A stretch of 64,000 nucleotides of DNA from Leucoraja ocellata (Eukaryota). Made by a program: the position numbers and the translations under genes. The notes under the pieces were generated by a model that saw nothing but the letters and a program-made list of their open reading frames with translations, was not told the origin of the DNA and did not search any database. Shown here one piece after another: positions 50,278 to 60,899 of this stretch. Each line of letters begins with the position of its first letter. The first letter of the stretch is position 1. The stretch covers positions 4,588,001 through 4,652,000 of the forward strand of contig JAWMAR010000053.1 of NCBI GenBank assembly GCA_036785375.1, read 5' to 3'.

Positions 50278-53200
50278 TCCCAGCCAAGATTCAACTACCC
50301 AAATATCTGGAAGGCATGGGTGCAGTTCATGCTCTCCGTGGTGAAATTATAAGCATTAAGATTCCTTTCAGTGGAAGACCTGATCCTGTAATTACATGGC
50401 AGAAAGGACAAGATCTCATTGATAATAATGGTCATTTTCAAGTAATTGTCACCAGATCTTTTACATCTCTGGTGTTCCCGAATGGAGTTGACATAAAAGA
50501 TGCTGGTTTCTACGTTGTGTGTGCCAAGAACAGATTTGGCATAGATCAGCAAACAGTTGAACTGGACGTGGCAGATGTACCCGACATGCCAAGAGGAATT
50601 CAAGTCCGTGACATTGCACGTGATTCTGTCAATTTAACATGGAGTGCTCCAGCTAATGATGGTGGAAGTAAAATAATTAACTACATCATTGAGAAATGTG
50701 CAACAACTGCAGAGATGTGGATACGCGTAGCACAGTCACGTGATACACATTACACTGTTGTCAATCTATTTGGCAAAACTAGCTACCAGTTCCGTGTGAT
50801 TGCTGAAAACAAGTTTGGACAGAGCAAGCCATCAGAGCCAACTGATCCAATAGTCACAAAAGAAGACAAGTCAAGAGTTATGAACTATGATGAAGAGGTC
50901 GATGAAACCATTACAATTACTAAAGGCAAAGCTAATCATTCTACTATTAAAGATCTTCATTCCCGCTACACATTTGCTGAAGAGCTGGGACGTGGACAAT
51001 TTAGTATTGTTCATCGCTGTATGGAAAACGTAAGCAAGAAAACATACATGGCAAAGTTTGTGAAAATCAAAGGTGCTGATCAGGTACTTGTGAAGAAAGA
51101 GATTGACATTCTCAATATTGCTAGACACAGAAGCATCCTATGGCTGCATGAATCATTTGAGAGCCTTGAAGAATTAGTCATGATCTTCGAGTTTATTTCA
51201 GGTGCTGACATTTTTGAGCGCATTAATTCTACTACCTTTGAACTAACTGAGAGAGAAGTTATCATCTACACTCGCCAAGTCTGTGAAGCATTGGAATTTC
51301 TACATAGTCAGAACGTGGCGCTTTTTGATATCAAACCAGAGAATATAATCTACACCACAAGGAAAAGCTCTTTTATTAAGATTGTTGAGCTTGGTCAGGC
51401 CAGGGCACTCACACCGGGTGACAACATTAGAATTCAGTTCACTGCCTCAGAGTACGCAGCACCTGAACTGCACCAGCATGATGTGGTCAATGCAGCCACA
51501 GACATGTGGTCAGTCGGTACACTTGTGTATGTATTACTCAGTGGTCTGAATCCATTTATTGCTGAAACAAACCAACAGGTTATTGACAACATTATTAGAG
51601 CAGAATATAGTTTTGAGGATGAAGCTTTCAAGGATATCACAACTGAAGCTCTTGACTTCATTGATCGCCTGTTGGTCAAGGAAAGGAAGAGTCGGATGAC
51701 AGCTGCTGATGCTCTTGAACATGTATGGTTGAAGCAGAAGACAGAGAAAATGAGCACCAAAGTAATTAAGACTTTGAGACACAGAAGGTACTATCAGACC
51801 TTAATAAAGAAGGAAATGAACCTTGTTGTTTCCGTGGCTCGAATTTCCTCTGGTGGAGCTGTTAGAGCTCAAAGGGGAGTTACAGTTGCTAAAGTTAAAA
51901 TATCTTCAATTGAAATTGGTCCACTTGCTGGTCAGATCATGCACGCTACTGCTGAAGAGGGCGGTCATGTTAAATATTCCTGCAGAATCGAAAATTACGA
52001 TCAATCTACCCAAGTCACTTGGTACTTTGGTGTCAGGCAACTTGAATGCAGCGACAAGTATGAGATTACCTATCAGGATAGTTTGGCAACAATGTATGTT
52101 AAAGACATAAACAAGACAGATGATGGTACATACAGATGCAAAGTAGTAAATGACTATGGTGAAGATAGTTCCTATGCAGAATTGTTTGTGAACGGTGTAA
52201 GAGAAATCCGTAAATACTTTATGCAACGTACTGTAAAGAGAGTAAAACGTAAAGTGGATACAATGAGGCTTCTTGAAAGACCACCAGAATTCACTCTGCC
52301 TTTGTACAACCAAACTGCCTACATTGGAGAAGATATCAGATTTGGTGTTACTATAACTGTTCACCCTGACCCAAGAGTAACTTGGTTGAAATCTGGACAA
52401 AAGATTAAGCCTGGTGAAGATGAGAAAAAATATACTTTTGTGTCTGACAAAGGTCTCTATCAACTGATAATCCACAAGTTAACAAACGATGATGATGCTG
52501 AGTACACAGTACAAGCTCGCAATAAATATGGTGATGACAGCTGCAAAGCCAAACTAACTGTAACACCTCACCCACCTCCAGCAGACAGCACGTTGAGACC
52601 AATGTTTAAACGTTTGTTGGCAAATGCAGAATGTACAGAAGGCCAGAACATTCGTTTTGAGTGTAGAGTATCTGGCACACCAGTACCAACTCTGAAATGG
52701 GAGAAAGATGGACAGGCTTTGTCATTATGTCCAAATATTGAAATTGTACATGAAGGTCTAGACTACTATGTTTTGCATGTAAGGGATACTTTGCCTGAAG
52801 ATTCTGGCATTTACCGACTCACTGCTACCAACAGTGCTGGATCTGCAAGTTGCCAAGCATATCTGAAAGTTGAACGCATGACCTATGTTAAGCGTCAATA
52901 CAAGAGTGAGGAGGAACGCCAGCAACATGTTCAGAAACAAATTGACAAAACCATTAGAATGGCAGAAATACTTGCAAATGTTGAATCTGTTCCATTGACC
53001 GCTGTAGCAAAGCAAGCTCTGAAAGAAGCTGCAATATTGTACAAACCAGCTGTCAGTACCAAGAATGTAATAGGTGAATATGAAATTTCAGAGGTCAAAA
53101 GGAGAAAGGAAGAAAAGAGACTTCGAATGCCTTATGAAATTCCAGAACCTCGTGTTCATGCAGCAAATGTAATTGAAGAAAATCAAGATATTAAACAGTT

Positions 53201-56153
53201 TGTGCCTTTGTCAGACATGAAATGGTACAGGAAATTGCGAGACCAATATGAAATGCCAGCAACATTGGAACGAATTGTAACAAAACGGCCAAAACGAATT
53301 CGTCTGTCAAGATGGGAGCAGTTTTACGTTATGCCACTGCCACGCTTTACCGATCAGTATAAACCCAAATGGCGAATTCCCAAACTGTCACAAGATGATC
53401 TGGAAACAGTAAGACCAGCTCGAAGGCGAACCCCATCACCTGACTACGAAATTTATTACAGACCAAGAAGGCGATCACTTGGGGACATGTCAGAAGACGA
53501 CTTACTTCTACCTGTTGATGACTATCTCTCAATGAAAAGAGTGGAGGAGGAAAGATTACGTCTTGAGGAGGAGCTTGAATTAGGATTTTCTGCATCACCT
53601 CCGAGCCGTAGCCCTCCCTGTTTTGAATTATTATCCCTTCAGCAAAGATATAAACAGACACAATTATCCACAGCACAAAAAGAGGAAAAATATACCGGCT
53701 ACCAAAAATATCACATCCCTTCCAAATGTGAAGCTGGCCTTAGTTATACAGATCTCAGGCAGCGACATGACAAAGCTGTTTATAAACCCCCAAAGCAAAG
53801 ACAAAGAATGATGGAAGACATTGAAGACGACGAGCTCCTTAGACCAGTTGCTACCACTCAGAGATTGTCTTCCTACCGAAAAGAACTTGAGTACATGGAA
53901 CAGGAGGAAAAAGTAAGGATCAAACGTAGACGAGAAAGAGAGATATTTGTAACAAGATCAGAAGAAGAAGAAGCGCAAGCCATCGAGGTTAAGCAATATG
54001 TTCGTCAAGAATCCCCATCTGTCTCAAAGCTTCTTAGGAGAAGGAGATCACTTTCCCCAACTTACATTGAATTAATGCGACCTGTTTCTGAACTGATCAG
54101 ATCTCGAACACGTCATACCGAATTTGAAAGTGAAGGTTTAGAAAGACGCTCACCCACACCCGAGAGAACCCGGCCTCGTTCACCCAGCCCTGTGTCTCGA
54201 GAGAGCTCACTATCACGCTATGAAAGAACTGCTAGATTTGACATCTTTTCACGATATGAGTCAATGAAAACTGCTTTAAAATCTCAAAGAACTTCAGAAG
54301 GGAAATATGAAGTTATTACTCAAGAGCCTTTCAGCCTTGACCATGGTCCACGTATAACTTTGAGAATGCGTTCTCACCGCATCCCGCTCAGTCAAAATAC
54401 AAGATTTACTCTAAATATTCTGTGCAAGCCAAAATCTGAAGTTAGATGGTACCACAATGGTATAGAAATTCAAGAGAGTGACAAGTATCGTTTTACTGAT
54501 ATGACTGGTGTCCTGACACTGGAAATTCAGGATTGTCAAGCTGAAGATAGTGGAACCTATCGTGTTGTTTGTTCCAATTATAAAGGAGAGACCTCTGACT
54601 ATGCAACATTAGATATTACAGGAGGTGACTACCTTACCTACTTGTCTCGCCGTAGAGATGAGGAAGCACCACAATCACTTGTACCTGAACTGACAAGAAC
54701 TGATTTTTACCAAATATCTACAATTAGAAAAGCTGCAGAATTTGAAGAGACAAGAGAAACTAGAACAAAAGAATCCGAAATAAAAGAATCGGTCAGCTAC
54801 GGCCTCTATGATTCAAAGGAAAAGTCAGCTTATGCATCTAAGCGAACTCTTCCTGCCAAAATACTAACAAAACCACAATCAGTCACGGTAGCAGAGGGAG
54901 AATCTGTTCGATTTTCTTGTGGCACTGATGGTGAGCCAACACCCACTGTGACATGGATGCATGGGGGAAGAATGATTACAACTTCTAAACGTTTACTTAT
55001 TGTTACAACACAGTATAAATCTACCTTTACAATTACATCAGTTCAATCATCTGATGAAGGAAGCTATACGGTGATGGTAGAAAATTCTGAAGGAAAACAA
55101 GAAGCACATTTTACTCTGACAATACGAAGGGCAGGAGTAAAAGAAGTGGGTATTGTAGCAGAGCCAATGGGAAAGGTCCCTGAACCTCAAACAAAGTCTT
55201 TTGAGGGAACAAAAACTTCCAAGAGAATCAAATCACCAGAACCAGTCATTTCATCTCCAAGAGTTAAATCGCCACCAGCTGTCAGGACACTTTCAGGAGA
55301 ACGAGTAGAGATCCCGGCAAGTGCTCCACCTAAGATTTCTCAAGCTTTGAAAGCTGAGGTTTCTGATGATGGTTCTGTAAAACTAGCATGTGCAGTTGAA
55401 AGCACAGCTCTGAATGTGAAAGAATTAACTTGGTTTAAGGATGGATGTAAAATAAGAGAAAACAGCCATTACAAATTGAAATATGCTGCAAATGGTACCT
55501 ATACCTTAAGTATCTATGGACTTAATGAAACTGATGAAGGAGAATATACTTGTGAAATCACCGGTGAGGGAGGAGTTTCCAAAACAACTTTTTCCTTTGT
55601 TGGTCAAGTATTCAAAAACATTGTCAACAAAGTGACCAAGTTAGCTGAATCAAAGGAAGCTACTCAGAAAAAAACTGTAGCTAAGTCGCTTGGAGAAGCA
55701 AAGGTAGTTCAGGAACAAATTGTGAAAAAGGAACTTAAAACATCGTACACAGAGATTACAGCTACACGTGTACAGATTAATGCAGTTGATGGACAAAAGG
55801 CCATTCTTAAGGCCAGCATACCAAATGCTTCCAGTGTGAAATGGGTTGCAAATGGTGTTGAGCTTGCCAATTCAAAAGACTATCAATATGGTGCATCTGG
55901 AAGTGACCACACTTTAACTATCAAAACCATCAGTTTCAGAGATGAAGGCACAATCACCTGTGAAGCAAAAACTGAACATGGAATAGTTAAATGTCAATTT
56001 GATTTAACCATTAAGCAAAAAGAATCAAATGCCCCAAAGTTCATAAAGCAGCACAAATCCCAAAATGTCAATGAAGGAGAAAAGGTGACGTTTATTTGTG
56101 AAATGTCAGGAGATCCTTCTCCAGAGGTTGAATGGCTAAAAGACAACCAACCC
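50278..56153 (+). CDS. TTN: Titin M-band exon: A169, A170, kinase, M1-M6, M8 and first half of M9 (spans human Mex1-Mex3, no M7), 5876 nt
   Basis: tctag|TCCCA ... ACCC|gtaagt inside the continuous 1965-aa ORF. Confidence 0.93.
50967..51731 (+). other. TTN: Titin kinase (pseudokinase) domain coding region
   Basis: LGRGQFS, YMAK, LFDIKPEN, ELG, APE and DMWSVG motifs; followed by the regulatory tail KTLRHRRYY...VARISSGG. Confidence 0.97.
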
Positions 56154-56231
56154 GTAAGTAATTAATTATTTTCAGTTTATGCTAATTTATCTAGTTATCC
56201 AAATAATAATTTGACTTATTCTATATTTCAG

Positions 56232-56385
56232 ATTGCAGTCTCAAGAAATATAAAAATCAATCGTTTGAAAAACATGTATACATTAGAGATTAAGTGCACA
56301 GTGGTCTCTGACAGTGGAAAATATACAGCAGCAGCAAAGAATTTCCATGGACAATGTTCAGCAACAGCCTCTTTGATTGTACTTG
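56232..56385 (+). CDS. TTN: Titin Mex4 counterpart, second half of M9, 154 nt
   Basis: ttcag|ATTGC (phase 0) ... CTTG|gtaagt; DSGKYT...KNFHGQCSATASL. Confidence 0.95.
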
Positions 56386-56391
56386 GTAAGT

Positions 56392-57347
56392 TTTATTATT
56401 TTTTTTAATTTAATTTTATTCTTTATTTCGAACAGAATAAAAGAATAAAAAGCAAGTGTGAAACAGCATACAAAAAACAAAACAAGAATATTTATAAAGT
56501 GTCATAAACAATATCTATAAATAAATGAAATCGTATGTGTCCAAAAAGGAGCAGGAAGAAGCCAAAGCTTATTAATTCCCACCCCTTATTCAACTGCTTG
56601 TAATTATCTTATACAAATTTAGCAGCTATATGTACACCATATGTACACCAGCAGCTATATGTACACCAAATTATTTACATTTATACACTAATCAAATATT
56701 TACAAAGCCATACAAAAAAAGAGAATAAAAGAAAAGAAAAAACCCTCATGTACTATACAGTATCTTAATCATATATACAACCCATCACCCTTCCCAATAC
56801 AATCAGTATAACAAATATCCCACTCACAATCACCTATCCTCATCCCAATATCCTTTTTAAAAAGTGTTTTTGTACATCTTTTTAAACTGAATTATGTTTG
56901 TGCTAAGTTTTATCTCCTGTTCCAGACCATTCCACAAATTCACACCACAGATTGCTATGCACATACTTTTAAGAGTTGTTCTGACATTGAGTGTTATAAA
57001 ATTATGTTCCCCTCTTAAATTATACCCACCCTGTCTTTCCATAAACAGTTTTTGTACATTTCCTGGAAGTAAATTATGTCTTGCTTTGTACATGATTTGT
57101 GCAGTCTTAAATGTAACCGGATCGGTGAACTTCAGTGTATGTGACTTTAAGAATAATACATTGGTATGTTCAAGATATCCAACGTTATTGATCATTCTTA
57201 TTGCTCTTTTTTGTAATGTGCATAATGGCTGAAGGTTGGTTTTGTAGGTGTTACCCCATATCTCCACACAGTAACTCAGATATGACAATATGAGTGTATT
57301 ATACAATGTAATGATCTGTTATCCAGAATGCGTCTTGATTTTCCCAA
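56392..57347 (-). mobile_element. 5'-truncated LINE (L2/Crack-like), antisense
   Basis: Minus-strand ORF 56857-57306 (YNTLILSYLSYCVEIWG...LQKRAIRMI...YNLR...LWNGL); A-rich tail (T-rich on +) at ~56392-56428. Confidence 0.85.
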
Positions 57348-57359
57348 TCAAGGGCCATA

Positions 57360-57480
57360 AATCACTATATTTTATAAATTATAAATTACTATTTCACTAT
57401 ATGTGTCATAAATTAATTAATTAATTAACTAATTGTGGTTAGTGTCATAAATTGGGTCAGTGTCATAAATTAATTATTAT
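57360..57480. repeat. AT-rich segment with three gtgtcataaatt copies and (taat)n
   Basis: Direct repeats visible at 57403-57475; may belong to the adjacent element. Confidence 0.6.
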
Positions 57481-57673
57481 ACTTGCTATTACATAATTTT
57501 GATTTCCGTGAATCTGATTAATTTTGGCATTTTATAGAACATCCTTTAGTACAACATAGAACAAAGTTTCACTTGAAAATACTGTACACAATTTAAAATT
57601 TAAATTTGATGCAAATATTTTGATGGTTTTCCTTGATCAATTATCGTGTGATGTGTGATACTCTGTTCTACAG

Positions 57674-57952
57674 GTCTCCTTGAAGAACCTTCAAAATTGG
57701 TTGTTTTGGAATCCGGTGCCAGTGCCTCCGCTATGATGCAGGAACATTTCTCTGCCAAAACATTGCAAATGTCCAAGCAAGAGGCCAGCAGCAGCAGCAT
57801 GAGTGAAGTGAAGTTTGCCAGTATGTCTTCAAGCAGTATGTCATCTTTTAAAGAATCAATGATATCATCGAGCTCCAGCTCTTTTATGGAGCATTCCAGT
57901 ATGAGCCAGTTGGAAGCAAGTACTGGCAGAATGATTAGCGGTAGTATTAAAG
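57674..57952 (+). CDS. TTN: Titin Mex5 counterpart (is7, Ser/Met-rich), 279 nt, frame-preserving
   Basis: tacag|GTCTC ... AAAG|gtgatg; LEEPSK...SSSSMSEVKFASMSSSSMSS. Confidence 0.92.
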
Positions 57953-58053
57953 GTGATGTTGTTACTAAAGCTCCTTAATTTTTTTCCTATTAATTATAGC
58001 CAGTGTGCTGGACAGAGACACAAATTACCCTTTTGTTTCTTTTTTTAAAACAG

Positions 58054-58352
58054 GGTCTTCTCCTAAAATCGAAGCTTTACCATCGGATATCACAATCGAG
58101 AAAGGAAAAGTTTTAACAGTGGCCTGTGCTTTCTCAGGTGAACCCATGCCTCAAGTAAAATGGTCACGTGGAGGAAAACCTCTTTCTGATGAAGTAGAAG
58201 GTGGCCGATTCCACATTGAAACTACAGATGATCTAACAACACTCATTATTACAGGTGTCCAAGAAAATGATGCAGGACGCTACACTTTAAGACTCTCAAA
58301 TGAATTTGGATCAGATTCTGCCACTGTAAATATTAAAATTAGATCAATTTAA
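58054..58352 (+). CDS. TTN: Titin last coding exon Mex6 (M10) with stop codon
   Basis: aacag|GGTCT; PKIEALPSDITI...GRFHIETTDDLTTLII...ATVNIKIRSI TAA. Confidence 0.97.
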
Positions 58353-59312
58353 AGATATGAATCTGACAACACATGTTGTAAGCTAAACTTGAAAATTAAT
58401 AGATATTGTCATTGTAATGAACTTGAATCTGACTTGTATATATTATTTTATTTTTTGTACCTGACTTGACATCATGCATTTATACCAAACTAGACAATTA
58501 CTGAACAAATGATAGATTGTGCAGTAAACAATTATTGCACTTGATTTAGGAATTTTTAACCATTTTCTGTGACATGTACATACTGTATATAGCCGGTCTA
58601 AACGGTTATGCAAGTTTTGTACCTTGTATTTCATGAGATTTTCATTGCAACTGAAACAAATAGTTAGCAGGGGAAAGTTTGAATAGGACGATTACCTTGT
58701 TTAACTTGGAACTAAAATTTGTGCCTCAACATAATGTTGACGTATAAGAATACCTCAGCAGGTGGAGAGGCTCCCTGCTGAAGACAACCTACAAGTTTGT
58801 GGAATTAGATGGCTAGCCTTGTGATGCTATTTGCAAATACCCTCCTGCAAATACCATCACAACAGCCAATGAACCGACTATGTCATATCATTGTTTAACA
58901 TAGACAATTAATCAATGATGAATACAAAGTATGCGGCCAATACTTTGTATAACCATATTGCCCTGTTTCTAGCATGGTGACTTCTTGGATAGTATAAATA
59001 CATCAACCTGGTCATACCCTCATTTCAGCAAACTATTCCAAGTTCTCCTATGTAGAAACAGTGCTAACTCAAGGAGGTTTTCCATGGTTTTGTGTGGTAA
59101 TCATAGAATTGTATTAATGTTATTTGTTCATAGGGCATTGACTACAGAAATTAGCCACATTGAAAATTACACTGTGTTCCAACATTATAATGCCCTATGC
59201 AATAACTTTATTTAGATAAGTAGTATTTAGTTTATATTATTGGACCTCCTTGAGAATTAGAAAAGTAAAACTGAATTTATTTGTGAATTAAAGCATGTTT
59301 TCCGCACCTATA
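58353..59312 (+). other. TTN: Titin 3'UTR (3' end predicted)
   Basis: About 960 nt with no obvious repeat, from the stop codon to just past ATTAAA. Confidence 0.6.
59287..59292 (+). terminator. Candidate polyadenylation signal ATTAAA
   Basis: ATTAAA followed about 25 nt later by GU/U-rich tgttctgtcttattttgt; alternatives are AGTAAA at 59264 and AATAAA at 59698. Confidence 0.55.
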
Positions 59313-59486
59313 AACATGTTCTGTCTTATTTTGTACATCACTTTTCTACAAGCATTTATTGTGACACACAATACTTTAACCATTTAGTAACATCACCTGG
59401 CTACACGAAAGCACAAGAATTTTAGTTCACATAAATTTTGAAAATGTAACTGAAAAAAATTCTGATTTTTTAAAGTGTTTTTTCAA

Positions 59487-59611
59487 GAGTGCCAAAGGTT
59501 ACATGGAGAAGGCAGGGGTTAAGAGGGAAAAATGGATCAGCATTGTTGCATGGCAGAGTAGATTCGATCAGCTGAATGAACTCATTCTGCTCCAATGTCT
59601 TATGGTTATTG
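59487..59611 (+). mobile_element. Short CR1 3'UTR fragment
   Basis: aaaggttacatggagaaggcagg...atcagc...attctgctccaatgtcttatgg, homologous to 6872-6990. Confidence 0.7.
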
Positions 59612-60025
59612 GGTCATTTAAGTAATTTTGTTTTAAAAAAATTGTCCAATTTTAAAAGCTAAAAGCATGGTCAACCACAATTTAAATTCCAGTCGAGAAT
59701 AAAAATGGAAATATCAGTATTTTTTAATTATCTAAACCCCTTCAGAATTATTCAGGTTCAATAAGATCTATTTTAACCAGATGCAATACCAAGGTGTTGA
59801 AATCAATGCAGGGCTGCCAACTCTCACGCTTTGAGCATGAGAATAACGCATTTGGGCAAATTCTCACGCTCTCACGCTGATCACAAATGTCTCACGCTCT
59901 GTCGTGAGAAATTATGTGATCAACGAAAATTTCAAAACTCATATAAACTGCATGGGCCGCTGGTGTTGGAGAGCCGGGGCTGAGGAAGGGATGAAAGCAG
60001 TGGGCGGGGACAGATGCGGGAAGCT

Positions 60026-60794
60026 GGGGCTGGTGAGTGTTTGCCGGGCTGGTGAGTGTTTGCGGGGCTGGGAGTGTTTGCGGGGCTGGCGAGTGTTTGT
60101 GGTCTGGCGAGTGTTTGCGGGGCTGGCGAGTGTTTGCGGGGCTGGTGAGTGTTTGCGGGGCTGGTGAGTGTTTGCGAGGCTGGTGAGTGTTTGCGAGGCT
60201 GGTGAGTGTTTGCGGGGCTGGTGAGTGTTTGCGGGGCTGGTGAGTGTTTGCGGGGCTGGTGAGTGTTTGCGAGGCTGGTGAGTGTTTGCGGGGCTGGTGA
60301 GTGTTTGCGGGGCTGGTGAGTGTTTGTGGTCTGGCGAGTGTTTGCGGGGCTGGTGAGTGTTTGTGGTCTGGCGAGTGTTTGCGGTCTGGCGAGTGTTTGC
60401 GGGGCTGGTGAGTGTTTGCGAGGCTGGTGAGTGTTTGCGGGGCTGGTGAGTGTTTGCGAGGCTGGTGAGTGTTTGCGGGGCTGGTGAGTGTTTGCGAGGC
60501 TGGTGAGTGTTTGCGGGGCTGGCGAGTGTTTGCGGGGCTGGCGAGTGTTTGCGGGGCTGGTGAGTGTTTGCGGGGCTGGTGAGTGTTTGCGGGGCTGGCG
60601 AGTGTTTGCCGGGCTGGTGAGTGTTTGCGGGGCTGGCGAGTGTTTGCCGGGCTGGTGAGTGTTTGCGGGGCTGGCGAGTGTTTGCCGGGCTGGTGAGTGT
60701 TTGCGGGGCTGGTGAGTGTTTGCCGGGCTGGTGAGTGTTTGCCGGGCTGGTGAGTGTTTGCGGGGCTGGCGAGTGTTTGCGGGGCTGGTGAGTG
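60026..60794. repeat. Minisatellite, 19-bp unit ggggctggYgagtgtttgc, about 40 copies
   Basis: Direct tandem repeat; minus-strand ORFs show a 19-aa period (3 units); several shortened variant units. Confidence 0.97.
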
Positions 60795-60899
60795 GCTCGC
60801 TGCAGCTCCGGTCATGGAGCAACCCCAATACAAGAGTCCCGGGCCGTCGGAGGCGTCGGAAGCTTTGCGCCGCTGCCGTGAGAGTCAGAACAGAGACTG

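Larger units (their letters stand above)
117..58352 (+). other. TTN: Titin gene, 3' portion (A47 to M10), 52 coding exons; 5' part lies outside the window
   Basis: Tandem Fn3/Ig domains in the 11-domain pattern Ig-Fn-Fn-Ig-Fn-Fn-Fn-Ig-Fn-Fn-Fn, a kinase domain, and C-terminus ATVNIKIRSI*. Hand-called GT-AG exons sum to 42,701 nt (2+3n), which keeps one frame to the stop. Confidence 0.99.

Noticed and set aside
101-58052. ORF-track start codons and N-/C-terminal tails on titin ORFs
   Set aside because: These are intronic read-in or read-through. The true boundaries are the splice sites listed.
60026-60794. Array as a possible CRISPR
   Set aside because: Head-to-tail units with no unique spacers, no cas genes, and a vertebrate context.
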